A DNA stretch of 64,000 nucleotides from Octopus vulgaris (Eukaryota). A program made the position numbers and the translations under genes. The notes under the pieces were generated by a model that did not search any database, was not told the DNA's origin, and saw nothing but the letters and a program-made list of their open reading frames with translations. The DNA lies in contig OX597819.1 of assembly GCA_951406725.2 (NCBI GenBank), positions 118,482,001 to 118,546,000 of the forward strand, read 5' to 3'. Position 1 is the stretch's first letter; each line of letters opens with the position of its first letter. Below are positions 1 through 14,801 of this stretch, one piece after another.

Positions 1-307
1 TCGGTCTCTTTTGTCGAACCGCTAGATTTTGGGGACATAAACACACCACCATCGGTTGTCAAGCTATGTTGGGGGTACAAATACAGACACACAAATGTAC
101 ACATATGCACAAACATACATATATATATATATATACATATATACGACGGGCTTCTTTCAGTTTCCGTTTACCAAATCCACTCACAAGGCTTTGGTCGGCC
201 CGAGGCTATAGTAGAAGACACTTGACCAAGGTGCCACGCAGTGGGACTGAACCCGGAACAATGTGGTTCGTAAGCAAGCTAATTACGACACAGCCATTCC
301 TACGCCT
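1..307 (-). mobile_element. SINE family A (tRNA-like head, internal TA/TG microsatellite, second body), 3' part cut by the window start
   Basis: Reverse complement of head AGGCGTAGGAATGGCTGTG...GGTTCAGTCCCACTGCGTGGCAC; matches copies at 23278, 45684 and 58294. Confidence 0.9.
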
Positions 308-680
308 ATATGTATATTGATAAACTTTTAAAACTCATTGAGGTTGAATAGTTGTGTTTTTGATATTTCTCTCTCTCTCTCTTTCTCCCTATCTATGTAT
401 CTATTTATGCTAATCCGTATATACATTATACCTTAATCTTTTGCAGAACCACGAAGTAACGGTGAGGTAAACACTAACAGCTGTTGTCAAATGATAGTGA
501 AGGCGGACAAACAGATACAGAGAAGACAGTTGTACATACATACACACATACATATATATATATATATATATGTGTGTGTCTGTGTGTGTGTGCGTGTGTG
601 TGTGGTCATACATATATACACATGTAGGTATTTCTAACACACTCAGCCATATTCAATATTTGCTTAATGCAACCTAAATA

Positions 681-942
681 AATTTTGGGGGAGGAGGCCA
701 TTCGATTAGATCGACCCCAGTACGCAACTCGTACTTAATTTATCCACCCAAAAAGATGAAAGGCAAAGTCGACCTCGGCGGAATTTGAACTCAGAACGTA
801 AATACAGACGAAATACCTATTTCTTTACAACCCACAAGGGGCTAAACACAGAGGGTACAAACAAAGACGGACAAACGGATTAAGTCGATTATATCGAACC
901 CAGTGCGGAACTGGTCCTTATTTAATCGACCCCGAAAGGATG
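681..942 (-). mobile_element. SINE family B (CORE-like body), composite of two partial units
   Basis: Contains GAGTTCAAATTCCGCCGAGGTCGACTTTGCCTTTCATC and a second CCTTTCGGGGTCGATT body; matches the copy at 14567. Confidence 0.85.
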
Positions 943-949
943 AAATATC

Positions 950-1990
950 AGTTCGGTATTGTAAAATAGTTCCTGATTTGGTGGAAATGCTTGTTTATCA
1001 ATGTATTTATCGACGTTCTGTGCAATATTAGATTCGAAGATTGAGGTAAAAATCAAGATACTTCTTGGATTGACTCCATGTTTACAAATAGGATTATAAT
1101 AAATATAGACTAACTTCCTGTGTATTAGTTCGATAAAAGTTTGGTGATTTTCGTTTAAGAAGAGCAAGTTTTGGATTCGGATTTACCGGTTTGGAAGCTA
1201 TTTTGGATTAAGAAATGAATTTGCTAATACTGTGTTGAGTATTTTAATAAAATTTTGCGTATTTGTGTTTGGATATATTAGCTACCAGAACGTAAATATT
1301 ATTTCCGAATTTCGGGCAAATAATTAATCATCATAAGTTTTGTTAAATTTTCCGGTATTATGAGATTTGATACATATTTACAAATTTTGTGAGAAATGCT
1401 CTTTTACTAAGCGTATGTATTGGTATCGAGATATGATGGCATAAACTAATTATTGAATATCTCTCTATGGGATATCATTATTTTGATAAATGTTTTCTGA
1501 TATTCAATTATTAATTATTAGTGTCCAGATTCTTCAGTATTATCTTCCAAATTTTTGAAAGTGTTGATAATGTTTGTATATTGAATTATTATATAGTTTT
1601 TGATTTGATACGTACGTAGTAATTTTGTGAGAATTGTTGCTTTGGATACACACTGAATAGTTTAAAGGGATTTGGGATTAAAATGAGAACTTCCGGATAC
1701 GGCGTGGATCGATTATTGGTATAAGTGTTTACTGAATTGGTTGCAAATGTCGATTTATGTAAATACTTCGTACATTTGCATAGGAAATCTTGGTTTCTGG
1801 AGATACTTATTGATTTAATGGGAATCGTTGGTTTTGTAAAGTATTTACTGATTTCCTTAAGATCATTTTCTTATATAACGTTCCTTATTACCGAACTTGG
1901 TGCATCTACGTTGATATTTGTAAGAGCAAATTCTCTTCCTTGTTAAATGGGTGTTGCTAATAGAAAAGAGAAAACTTTGTGGATATTTCA
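950..1990 (-). pseudogene. Highly degraded Penelope-like element ORF remnant (RT C-terminal/linker region)
   Basis: Minus-strand peptides NIAQNVDKYIDKQAFPPNQELF and NINVDAPSSVIRN resemble PLE linker motifs (NIG..FL.LIDKHFPP.H.L and YI...SNHP.SVI.N); many stops. Confidence 0.4.
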
Positions 1991-2168
1991 GATCATTCTA
2001 CTAGCAACTAAAATATTTGGCTTGGCATTCGATTGCAGAATGTATAATGACCAGCTGCGTTGATAAATCTATATTTTGTAATACATATATTTATGCCTAC
2101 ATACGTACGTACACATATACATATATACATGTATATATATATAAATATATATATATACACGCACACAT

Positions 2169-2235
<67 letters not shown>

Positions 2236-3571
2236 GCATATATATTCATTTATATATATATATATATATATACATATATAACACATATATGTATACATAT
2301 ATATATATATACATATACATATACATATATGTATGTATATATATGTATGTATGTATCACATTTAATCCATAATATTGTGTTCAGTAATTGCTTCACCCTG
2401 ATGGTCATGTATTCATATATGATTGTTTGATTATATGTGTATGCTTGTTTATAATAATATCTAGATGAATGTTGATAGTAGTTGTTGATCGAAAAAACGT
2501 GACTGGAATTAATTTAGGTATATATATCGGAAACATTTTGGAAATGAAAAAATTCATGGAGTATATTTGGTATGAGGAAGAATCAATAAATTCCAGACCA
2601 ACAATCTTTGCCTACAGTTCCAAAAAAACAAAAAACAAAGAAAGAAAAAGATTGCCTCGCGTCAATAAACGATACCACATGATCTCACACGACCTGTTGG
2701 ATACATCAATTAATTTGTACCGAAGTGACAACGTAGCCTTCAAAGAAGACTCGTTAATTATATGGTAGAGAAAATGATGCTAGATTTTAGAATCACAACT
2801 CTCTATGGGTAAGTCTTCTAGTATCTTTTATTCCCCCATAACATGTTGGGGTTCTAACTTCTAGCAATATGCTTTGTACTTTATGACAAACGGGTCCACT
2901 GTGCATAAGCCTGATGATGAGCCTCTCATTATCTTTTAAACAATATCATTAATATACGAATGTTTCAACGTTATACTTTACGAATGGTTAGGTAACGGAT
3001 GTCATCTACATAGAATAGCGCATCGGATATTCGACGAATACACTGTTTTGTCAATTGGCTTCCACATTTTCAAAATTTAGAATATAGTTATATAACTTCG
3101 AATATATGCTTACTAGATTTACTGACCATGTTCCGCACCAACTCTCGTTAACTTCATATCTCTGAATGTTACTACATTTAGCGCCGGTTGCGATTTTTAT
3201 ATATCGTAGGTAACGATCGATATTCTCAGAGTAATTACAATACACCAATGACGGTAGTTTTTGCGAAGCATCATTTCCGAAATACATAACACAATCCATC
3301 TATGTATCTTGCTTGAGTTAAGAAATTATATCATATGGACTATTTTAATTTTGGAGGTTATAGTCGAACATTATTAGTTACACGACATGATGAATGTATG
3401 TATGTGTGTACGTATGTATGTATGTATGCTTGTACGTACGTACGTATGTATGCAGGGAAGTATTTATGCATATAAGGAAGTATGTATGTATTTATGTATT
3501 TATATATGTATGTATGCATGTGTGTATCAATGAATGTATGTATGCAAAGAGTGTGCATTTTCCTTCTTTTC

Positions 3572-3627
<56 letters not shown>

Positions 3628-5340
3628 CTTTACTTATACACACGGGCGTGCATATGTATATATGTACATATATATATATATATATATAAAATATTTATAT
3701 ATATATATATATACACGCATATATCATACTATATATTTTATATTATGCTTATATATATATACATATATAGAAGTTTACGTATACGGACACATACACATAT
3801 AGTCACTATCTATATATTGTATCTATAACGGTGGATGAAGAAATAGTAAGATTGGACACTAAACCAGAAGACTAGGTACTAAAGTACAACGAAATTTATA
3901 ATTCAAGATATCTTCCTAAATACTATTGCGGCTAGAAACTCCTTTAGTATAAGCGAAGACATGTAGCCTAACACAACATATTTTTAGTATGAACGAAAAG
4001 AACCAAAATATTCTCGGTTTTATGATATATATGGTGAATACATAGTGCACTTTCATATGACAGCTAATAAACTGCACTGAAACACCTTAATCTTTCGAAA
4101 TGTATTATGTTATTTGCATTCTCTGTATCTCACATGTTCTTATGCGTCCGTTAATATCCTAATGGACAAAGTCAATAGAGGCTTCAGTTGATATGGGGAA
4201 ATAGATAGTAATTGAGTTTCCAAAGCTAATATTTCGAAGAGCAATGCCCATTAAATGATTCAGGGACGAATATGTATTTTGGTGTCGATAATGTTTACCT
4301 CCTCACATATGTGAATATGAAGATTTGATATATGTCGAAACTTTTTTATGATAGTAATTACTATTAGCTATAGTCTCTTCTCGGAGGTTATACAAGAACA
4401 ATGATTCATGTTTCAGAGTTCTTCAGTGTAGTTTAAGATTAAGGGTCAGCGTAGCCTGCTTCATACTATCAATGTCACTTTGCTTACTGGAAGATTTCAT
4501 ATATAATATATTATATTACTTTAGCCCCTAATTCAAAGCATATTGCTATACCAACTACAAGTTTTCGATAACCAATTGCAACGATAGCCAGTTTGCTACG
4601 ACGTCAAAGAATTCATTACAGAAAGTATTGATTTACTGCAGGAAGTGACTAATCTACGAACAAAACAATGAAAATCGCAAATGACACCTTATTGATTTTT
4701 CAACCAATATGAAGTTCATACTATGTTTTCCCAATACATGCTACTGATGAGTTAGTATATTTTATATCGCAACTTTTATATGTTACCAAGAATTACACTG
4801 CTTGTCCTATCTGGGAACAAGATTTTATTTCAGTTTACAAACTTAGTGGCATATTCCAATAAAATCTCAGCGAAGGTATTATGTAGAAGACTTTGAATCT
4901 AAATGTTCCCATTTAGATACAGTGATGCTTGTTAGTCGTGGTCGCAACATTAAGATTCAACGAATTTAAATATATTTCTGACAGTGTTACATTATAGAAT
5001 AGAGTTTTTGTTGTGTCAAAATAGGTTTTCGCAAAATGAGTAGCAGAGTATTCAAAGTTTTGCCAAACGTATTTGAAACTCGAAATAATTCGATATAATT
5101 TTTGGTATATACTATCGAAATCTGTTGCAAACTTATTAACGCAACATTTATTGGTTTATCAGTAAATACGTGACACAAATTTCATAAATGAGAGAGACAT
5201 ATAAAAATATTTAACTCGTTCAGGATTTTTGGAGATTAGCAGCATTCAAATTCTTAAAATTTCTGTTGGAAAAATACTCATTACCACACATTGAAATGGA
5301 ATATTATGACTGATAGTGCGTCGTACTAATTTTTTTGTAA

Positions 5341-5749
5341 TCTCTATGTCTATAAATGGCAAAATGTCTATTTGTGTGTCTGTGTATCCTTTATATAAAT
5401 CCACAGTTTTTCACGTAAAAATCTCGCATTTTCCATGGGCTTTCAAAACTGTCTGAGGGTGGTCGTCAAGATCTTTTCATTTCCCCAGTCATCCCAGAAA
5501 GCCATTAAAAAAATTCGGTAAACCGACCCCTTATACCCAGAAGTTATAGGTAAAGGGACATTGCAGAGGTCCAATGAATATTAACTACTCTCACAAAAAG
5601 CTCCATCTTGCTCATAAACAACAAAACTAGCCCGGGCTGAAATGTGATAAGAAACTTAGCTCTTGATTTAGTGAGGAAATTTTACTGCGACCCGACAACG
5701 AACAACAAGCACTAGCACTAGACCCGGCAACACCGGGTCATAGTGCTAG
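5341..5749 (+). mobile_element. Non-autonomous Helitron, family H1
   Basis: A|TC 5' end, 3' hairpin GACCCGG-CAACA-CCGGGTC then CTAG|T, no TSD; 5' half homologous to the copy at 60066-60449. Confidence 0.8.
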
Positions 5750-6647
5750 TCCTTTACAAAAGTGATAATTTTGTTTGAATTAAGGAAACAGTTCATGCAG
5801 AATTACTCTACAAAATTTAGGTACTTTATTTAGGCGATATTCTCCTTAAACACGAATTTCGCAAAGAAGTCCAATAATTACATAAGATCTGTTTTCAATA
5901 TATGAATATTTTACAACGACAGCTGGCAGTTGATCAACCAGGCATTGATGGAGTTATTCTGGCTTTGGTCAATAAGGAAAATTATTCAATTATTGAATCA
6001 CAGATTCTTTCCTTTCTGATAAAAGACATTGTTTTGAGCTACGTTGTTTCTCCATCATATATATTAGATGTTAATGTATCTAGGAATCATCTGCCCCAGT
6101 CAAAAGTTTTATCACCGCGATCACATAATAAATGTGACGACAACATCAGTATATAATTATCAAAGGTGGAAATACCTAGAAAACTAGTACATACTTATAA
6201 ATTCATTACTTTACACATGATTATATGATGAAGACTTTAAGCAGACTTTGGTAATATGACTTTGGTAATATGACAATTACCAAAATGGACAATGAAATGC
6301 AATAAACAGATCATGAATAATAAACGAATGACAACTTGGTTATAATGCCGAAGAAAGCCAGTGAAGTGAGAAAGAATAGTACATTGGTGGGCGAAAATCG
6401 GTGGTAAATAAGAAAAATGAGAAAATGATATTTATGAACCACCAAATGAAATCGATACTGTTATGTAAATCATAAAACCACTCTAATGCATATAATATTA
6501 GCTTGAATTACGAAAACCCGTTAACCTGCCCATTAAAGTCATGGGAAATTTGCAAAATCTGAGTAAATGTCTTCAAGTTCCAAATTTTGAGTACACATAT
6601 ATACACAAAGATGCACGTAGCGTCACACAAAAACTCATAGATACGCA

Positions 6648-6732
<85 letters not shown>

Positions 6733-7744
6733 ACAAATGCACTCATATGCGTAGATACAAACATCTATACATAACCCACACACACACACTCACACATACA
6801 TATATATAATACGTATACACATACACACACAAACACACACATACACAGATATATAGCTTAGATTTTGCCTCTCGTATTTTAGAGGTGAATGAAAATATAT
6901 CGATAATGTGATTGATAAAATGACATCTGAAAATAGTATGACATGGACTTCCATGCCATCGTTTATGAATACAAACGATATATATTTGCATATTATAATA
7001 ATGCCCCGATTGCCCAGTTTGAATAAAGCGTTACGCAAGGGACAAACGTACAGAATGAATTGTAATTTTCCTACGATATTTGCAGTGATTTATGCCGTGT
7101 GTTCGGTATATTTTCAGTAATTCTTTCTCCGAAGTATTACAGTGCATTTTACTTCAGCTACACCGTTTCGTAAATGTCTCGACTTTAAATAATACTCAGT
7201 GTATTTCAATTTTCTCTTCTTTATGAACCGGTCAACAGTCGATCTTTGATGCAAGTCTCCACAACGTGACCCCAATCTATGTTTTACAGACTTTCATTTC
7301 AAAGAGAAAGGCTAAATATAATAGAAAAAAAACGATATGACAAAATAACAGCAAGAATTAAATAAACAAATACCACTGAATATTCAGCAGGTTAAACATT
7401 TAACTTGTGAAGGAAGAAGAAATTAGAAAAAAAAGCGTCCAAACTGCATAATCTAATTTGAACTCTATTAAGAAAGTGACAACACAATATTTGAGAATGA
7501 ATAAGTAACATAGTATAAAAGTTTTCTTCAGACAACCTTTGACAATGTACTATAAAAGCAAACGAACAAACGTATTAAATTCATAGACGAAAAATAAATT
7601 ATAAAATTATATACATGACAAGGAAAACTGGGGATGCGTAATAGACGTCTGTAGTCCATCATGCTCACGGTTCTTTTTGTAACAGAGTGAAGATTTTTGA
7701 CTGAATATTAGGAAAAATATTAATGAGAAGAACAAAAATATAAT

Positions 7745-8160
7745 CCTTTCTACTATAGTTGCAAGATTTTGTGGGGAGGAGTACAGTCAATTGTATCGAC
7801 CCCAATACTCAACTGGTACTTGATTTATCTACCCCGAAATATTAAAGGTAACGTCGACCTCGGTGGAATTTAAACTATGAACTCCAAGACGGGCAAATAC
7901 CCTTTTGCTTGACGTGCTAACGTTTCTTATTTCTTTACTGCCCACAAGGGGCTACACACAGCGGGGACAGACAAGGAGAGACAAGCGGATTAAATCGATT
8001 ATATCGACCCCAGTGCGTAACTGGTACTTATTTAGTCGATCCCGAAAGAATAAAAGGTAAAGTCGACCTCGGCGGAATTTGAACTCAGAACGTAATGGCA
8101 GACGAAATGCTGCTAAGCATTTCGCACGGTGTGCTAACGATTCTGCTTGCTCACTGCCTT
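7745..8160 (-). mobile_element. SINE family B, two units in tandem
   Basis: Full head plus CORE-like body followed by a second, more diverged unit. Confidence 0.88.
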
Positions 8161-8324
8161 AAAGGAGAACAAAATAATAACGATGTACACAAGCTGAATG
8201 TTTAAGTATTACACTTTATGCCTTTTTATCTACTTTCTTAAATCATCATTTTTGTCGTTATCTCAATGGTATAAACTTTTTCCTCAAATGATATTTTTAG
8301 TATCACCTCCATTATAGATATATA

Positions 8325-8525
8325 TTGGGTTGGTGCATAATTAGTGCGGCTTTTGCACAACAAATTTTCTTGAAAATGACGGTCTGGCAGTCTGCCAAGC
8401 AAATGGAAAGCGGTAATTGAAGTAGATGGTGAATATGCTCCGAAATATCCATTTTAAGATACTTTGTTATATGTTGAATAAAATTTGTTGAAGAATGAAA
8501 ACGCAATAATTATGTACCTGCCTAA
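8325..8525 (+). mobile_element. Mariner-derived MITE
   Basis: TA-flanked imperfect TIRs TTGGGTTGGTGCATAATTAGTGCGG / CGCAATAATTATGTACCTGCCTAA; interior encodes LPSKWKAVIEVDGEY, a mariner transposase C-terminus. Confidence 0.8.
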
Positions 8526-8847
8526 TATTTTATATTGCGGCATTAAATTGGATATTAATGTAACAGGTTGCTTCCACGGTTTAATTTCAAGTAATATGGT
8601 GAAGCATTACTAACTCGAAAAGCAGACACTGATGATAATTTCAAAAAGTTGATATCTATTTGGAATTTCTTGATTTTATACTTATATAAAAGGAAGCGCT
8701 TAATCGTGTTTTGCGGCGCAGGGGAACTGAACTAGAAATCCCATATTTGCAAAACAGTCTTCAAAACCACACACTCAAGAGGGCGAATATATTATTGATT
8801 ATTGGTCAACGTTTGGGAATACCACGTTGAATAATAAAAATATATAT

Positions 8848-9060
8848 CCTTTACTCCAGGCACAAGGCCCGAGATTTGGGTGGATGGGGACAGTCAAAAT
8901 AGATCGACACCACTACGCAACTGGCACTTAATTAATTGATCACGAAACAATGAAAGACAAAGTCGACCTCGGCGGAATTTGAACTCAGAATGTAAAAACA
9001 GACGAAATACCACTAATCATTTCGCCCGGCGTGCTAACGTTTCCGCCAGTTCGCTGCCTT
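8848..9060 (-). mobile_element. SINE family B, short-tail variant
   Basis: Head AAGGCAGCGAACTGGCGGAAACGTTAGCACGCCGGGCG and CORE-like body. Confidence 0.88.
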
Positions 9061-10247
9061 AAAACTGCTTATATCAAAGCAGCAAAGGAATGTTGTTTAC
9101 AATTTTCCCTTCTCATCAAAAACTGTTTGGTCTTTTATCAATTTTAGACATACTGATGTTTCAAATTTTCCATTTCTGAAACAAATCTAAAATTCTTGAC
9201 CCACTGGTTTCTAGTTTTTCTTTCTTTTTTATAGATATTGCTACACTGAGTTTTCTCGGTATTTTTTCCGTACTACATACACATATTTCAGGTATTCAAT
9301 ATCATATACAATACTGTTTCTACAATCGTTGATTATATCGAATCCATACAAGAAATAACCTTTAGTAACAAATTTCCAATACACCGTGTCTATATAAGTG
9401 AGCCCAAAGCATTTATAATTAACTGTAAAAAAAAGAAAAACACGAAATTAACAGTGGAAATAATAGCAACTGTGAGGTTATAGTTACTAACAAACTCTAT
9501 GCAAACACATACAGGCACACATAACATATAAGCGAGATGATATCATAGCATATCTTTGTCATCTTTTTTATCATATACATATATATATATATATATACAT
9601 GGTTGTCATCTTCCTAATAATATCCTAGAACATAATATCATTACATATATGCGTTCTGTCTTACGGACCGACACACCAATTTGAAGTGAGATTATAGAAT
9701 TCTTCGATTCTTTGTATTCATTTTGGGCCGATAGTAGAGAGCTTACAAATTTCCAACATCGAACTGCATGTCATATTTATCAGCCTAGTTGTATATAGCA
9801 TTCAGTTATTACTGCAAATTTAGGATGTGACCTGTTTTCTTCACTGCATGCGATAATTGTGTATCATCGACATAGTTGGTGACAATGGCTCACTGTATGA
9901 CTAAGGACATAATTGTCACTTCACAGCATATAGTATTAGTCTTATTTCAGTTTTCGGTGGGGCTATGTTTCCTCTTGATCTTTTAGTAAGAAATCTCAAT
10001 AAAAGCAGCATTGGGTGCGAGTGTCAGACTAATGCAGCTCATGAAAGCACAAACAGTATTATATAACAATGTGACAGGAGACGTAATGACGATCAATTCA
10101 GTTCAACAGAATACTTCGAAATAATCAGTTATCAAGACGGAATCAGGTATTGGAGTGAAATAGAAAATAAACAATGAAACCAAAAGCGGTGTGCCCCAAT
10201 ATGGCGTCATTTTCGATTGAAACCAACGTTACAAATGTTTATATACA

Positions 10248-10305
<58 letters not shown>

Positions 10306-10995
10306 AAGGAGCTTCTACAGGACTAGAACCGTTTCATTCAAATGAAATCACTGTGGTTAACACCGACTCAACCAGGGACCTACATATATATATATATATA
10401 TATATATAAGCAGCTAAGCACGGTTTCTACTGTTTGGTTTGCATGATGTGGCTATAAAACCTGCTCTGTGTAAGCATTCGACATGTTTGGGCATGCTTAC
10501 GTTAACAAATCATTTTGGAATGAATTTTGGGCTGTCAAAACGCTAAAAATAACTGTGATCAAAAACAATACAACCAAGATTCAACCAAATCAAAAAATAA
10601 ACCCAAATACTAGGCGAACAAATATGAACCATCCCCACACTCATTGCGCGCGCACGCAGACACACACACACATTCACATACTCCTCTTTTACGTACACTC
10701 GCATATATTAACAGAGTTGAAACGCTGTTTGATTTATTCTTTCAGTGTACACTACCATGTATGGCAGTATCCATTTCCTCCTTACTCATCTATCACCCTT
10801 TCCTTTCTCATTTATAAAAAAAAAACAGGAGTATTATTATAGTAGATTATCTTGGCAACCATGGGAAGTATGAAAAAATGCAAAGTCCAGCATCACCACT
10901 GAATCATTTTACACATCAGTGTACATTTAAGCGCAATATTACCCAGCCGTTTGACCGTGAATCCCAAGACAAGAAAGAATCACCCATGTCAAATT

Positions 10996-11027
<32 letters not shown>

Positions 11028-11032
11028 GGTAT

Positions 11033-11073
<41 letters not shown>

Positions 11074-12069
11074 TAAGAGAATGAGATAAAAATCCAAGGC
11101 GATGAAAGATTTCAGAACATTTAAAAAGAGGTATTTAAACTGTTTCCGGGATATTTTATATATCAATTCATCGGAGGCCGTGTGAGAAAAGGGTTAAGCA
11201 ATAGTTATTATAGAGAAGATATGAAATACAGTCTGAAGTGGAGGAATGAAAACATCCGTGAGATACGTAAGGATATTGCATTTGCATTTCCATTATTTAA
11301 GCAGAATGGTATACATATGTTTCCTGTACCTCGAATTTAACTTCCAATAATATATAAAATCGGTCATACCAATCATAGAGTATTGCTTGAAGAAAAAGTT
11401 AAAATAGCCCATAACCACGAGATAAATGCTTCTATTGGCTGTCTTGTTTTAACTCTCATTTCTAGCAACACTGGTACTGACTAATGCTCTCCGTCACTTT
11501 AGTGCGGTATACGTTTCTGCCTTTCGATTGTAAAACAAGCCAGTAAAACTAGCGGGAAGCTATTGTTAGCATAATACCCCTAAAATATACATATATGAAC
11601 TCAATTTTGACCACTCCTTAACCTCAACATTATAGAAAGTTTTAGTGATTGTGAGGTAACTTTTTGACAATAAATATTTACATTGTAAAAGAATTAAAAA
11701 CGAAAATATATGAAGAATATAATATTTTAGGCTTTTCGACATTTATGGGATAGTACAATGGAAAGATTTGTCCAGATTGTGACCTCATAAACAAAGCATG
11801 AACATTGCATTACTTGCACAAGAAGATATGAAAGTATCACACCGGAATTATACAGAATTATATAATGAATGACGTCAGAAATAAATTTGAAAGCAATTAA
11901 TGTCAAAGATCACCCACACACAGGTTTATATCTCATAAAAATACAGCCTCTCTCTACACTATTAGTCTCTCTGTCACTCCGTCTCTTTGTAGGCATATAT
12001 ATATATGTGTGTGTGTGTGTATGTGTGCCTGTGCGAGTATGTATGTAAGTAGGTATATGTGTGTGTATA

Positions 12070-12350
<281 letters not shown>

Positions 12351-13410
12351 TAGAAACCATACTTATAGAAACACACGCTTATACACACATCCATATATTA
12401 ACGCAGACATAAACTATAATAATTAGATGATGTAGCTTTACGATAATTGACATTAATACATAAAATGATGTGTTAGCTTATGAAATCTTACAATTATTAT
12501 ACCAATAATATTGTCAGGCTTCATTCAAGATTAGATCTCATATAGATTTATGACATTTAAAATAATCCAGATTTTCTGTGTCTGTTTGTCTCTGATTGTT
12601 GTTTGCACAATAAAACACCAGAAGTCAATAATGATTGTCGCATATTGTTTATGTGAAAGCTTTCAGTTTAATGTTTCTAAAACGGATACAATATACACTA
12701 TATAAATTCACCTTTGAATACTATTTTTGTATTCGTAACCGCCGTACTTTCAAATCTTCGTTTGTAGATATACAGATAGAGAGAAAGAGAGAGGGATAAG
12801 GAGGGCGATGTGTGTGTGTGTGTGTGTGTGTGTGGGTGTGTGTGTATGTGTACATGTACACACATACGCACAAAGATGAACGTATTTTTATATGCATAAA
12901 CAGCAAGAAATTTCATGATTATTAACCATCTATGATTTTCAAAATGTATAATTTAAATATGATAAAATAATTTGAATACGTATTGCATACATGCATATAT
13001 ATATAGGTATGTGCGTGTGTTGGGTCGGTATGTACATATACAGGTATGCATATGTTTCTGCACCGACCCCCACACAGATACATACATATGTATTATGCAT
13101 TATGTATATATATATAAATATACATGCATATATCTGATGCTGAAATGGAGACAGCGACTCCGAAATGCATGCAGCCATTAGTCTTGTTACGAACTACTAG
13201 AAACCGATTTGAAGTGTGTACACGTATTCATCTGCAGCGAGTAATTTTCTATATATATATATGTATTTATACATATATGTAATCTTAAAAGCTTAAAAGT
13301 TGGAATATATTGGAGGCTTATTCGAGACCGTAAGAGAGGCATTCAGATAGAAAATTACTCGCTGAAGATAAATACGTGTATTATATATATACATACATAC
13401 ATACATACAT

Positions 13411-13485
<75 letters not shown>

Positions 13486-14566
13486 CATACATATATATAT
13501 ATAAACATAGGAAGTTTCTAGATTAGCTACATGTATTTAAATTATGGATTTCCTACCCTGACCCTATATGTATTATACAATGCTAACATTTCTTTAGTAT
13601 GCCTAGTCTTGTGCCGTCTGCTCATTTACAATTATCTATAAAAGTGTGTTACGTTTATGAATATTTTTGGTAGCTATGGAGAATTATATCCTTCGATGAA
13701 GAGGTCTAAGAAGTAGCTGGATATGTTTCCATCATTTAATAAAATCAAATTTATTTAGTAATTGAAATTCAGTAAATGTCTTTATTTAGTTTCTAGCGTG
13801 AGTATATACTTACATATCAAACTACAATTCATGATATGAAAGCAGCATAAATAGTCTATACCTCCATTTCTGTTGGATACCATCATACGCGAATATAGTT
13901 TCCCTAATTTCTATCTTGATGTTTTGCATCTACATAATGCTGAGTTACGTATCTAAGAATCAATTTTTGGCAGAATAAATTAATTACTTGGCACAATACA
14001 CTTCCATGTTCTAAAAAGGTGGTTTCGTATATCTCTACATCTTCCAGAATAATCAAATTAGCTTCTACTTTAAGAAGCAACATAAAATTGTAGTTCCCAT
14101 ACTCAGACCTATTTGATATTCTCATCTCTCCACCTTGCACGCTACACACTAACAGCTCTTCAGAATTCTCTCCCATCATCATTTACAAATCTTCCATTGT
14201 TTCTAGTGCCGTTACTGTGCAAGTGTATACGACAATGAAGTGCACATATCACCAGAGTCTCGAAGGGCTTGCAAAATGCGCTGTCACAGACACTTTCTCC
14301 TAAATTTTTGCAAAGAATACTAATTAAGTTATAGGATTAATTGTACACAGCCCACATTTTAGAAAAGAAAGAATATGACCAATTGTCCTATGAATATGGT
14401 GTTTCAAAATTTAGGGAAATTTTGCAAATAAAAGTCTTCTTAACGAAATAGCTGTTTAATGTTATCACTTTGAAATGTCTACACTTGAATTTAATTCATT
14501 TTTGTAGTTGAATATCTGTGCAAAGTGTCAAACTGGCAGCAAGCTGTGGGTATAAGCAAATACAGC

Positions 14567-14801
14567 AAGGCGGCGAGCTGGCAGAAACGTTAGCACGCCT
14601 GGCGAAACGCGTAGCCGTATTTGGTCTGCAGTCACGTTCTGAGTTCAAATTCCGCCGAGGTCGACTTTGACTTTCATCCTTTCGGGGTTGATAAATTAAG
14701 TACCAGTTACGCACTGGGGTCGATATAATCGACTTAATCCGTTTGTCTCTCCTTGTTTGTCCCCCTCTATGTTTAGCCCCCTTGTGGGCAATAAAGAAAT
14801 A
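14567..14801 (+). mobile_element. SINE family B, full-length monomer
   Basis: AAGGCGGCGAGCTGGCAGAAACGTTAGCACG head, B-box-like GAGTTCAAATTCC, CORE-like CCTTTCGGGGTTGATAAATTAAGTACCAG, tail ending AAAGAAATA. Confidence 0.92.

Noticed and set aside
66-320. Recurring peptide RASFSFRLPNPLTRLWSARGYSRRH (also 45545-45907 and 58489-58755)
   Set aside because: It is the antisense translation of the family A SINE head, not a gene family
10300-10382. Short TA-flanked insert with GAAAC on the minus strand
   Set aside because: No core or stem I identifiable; too short to call
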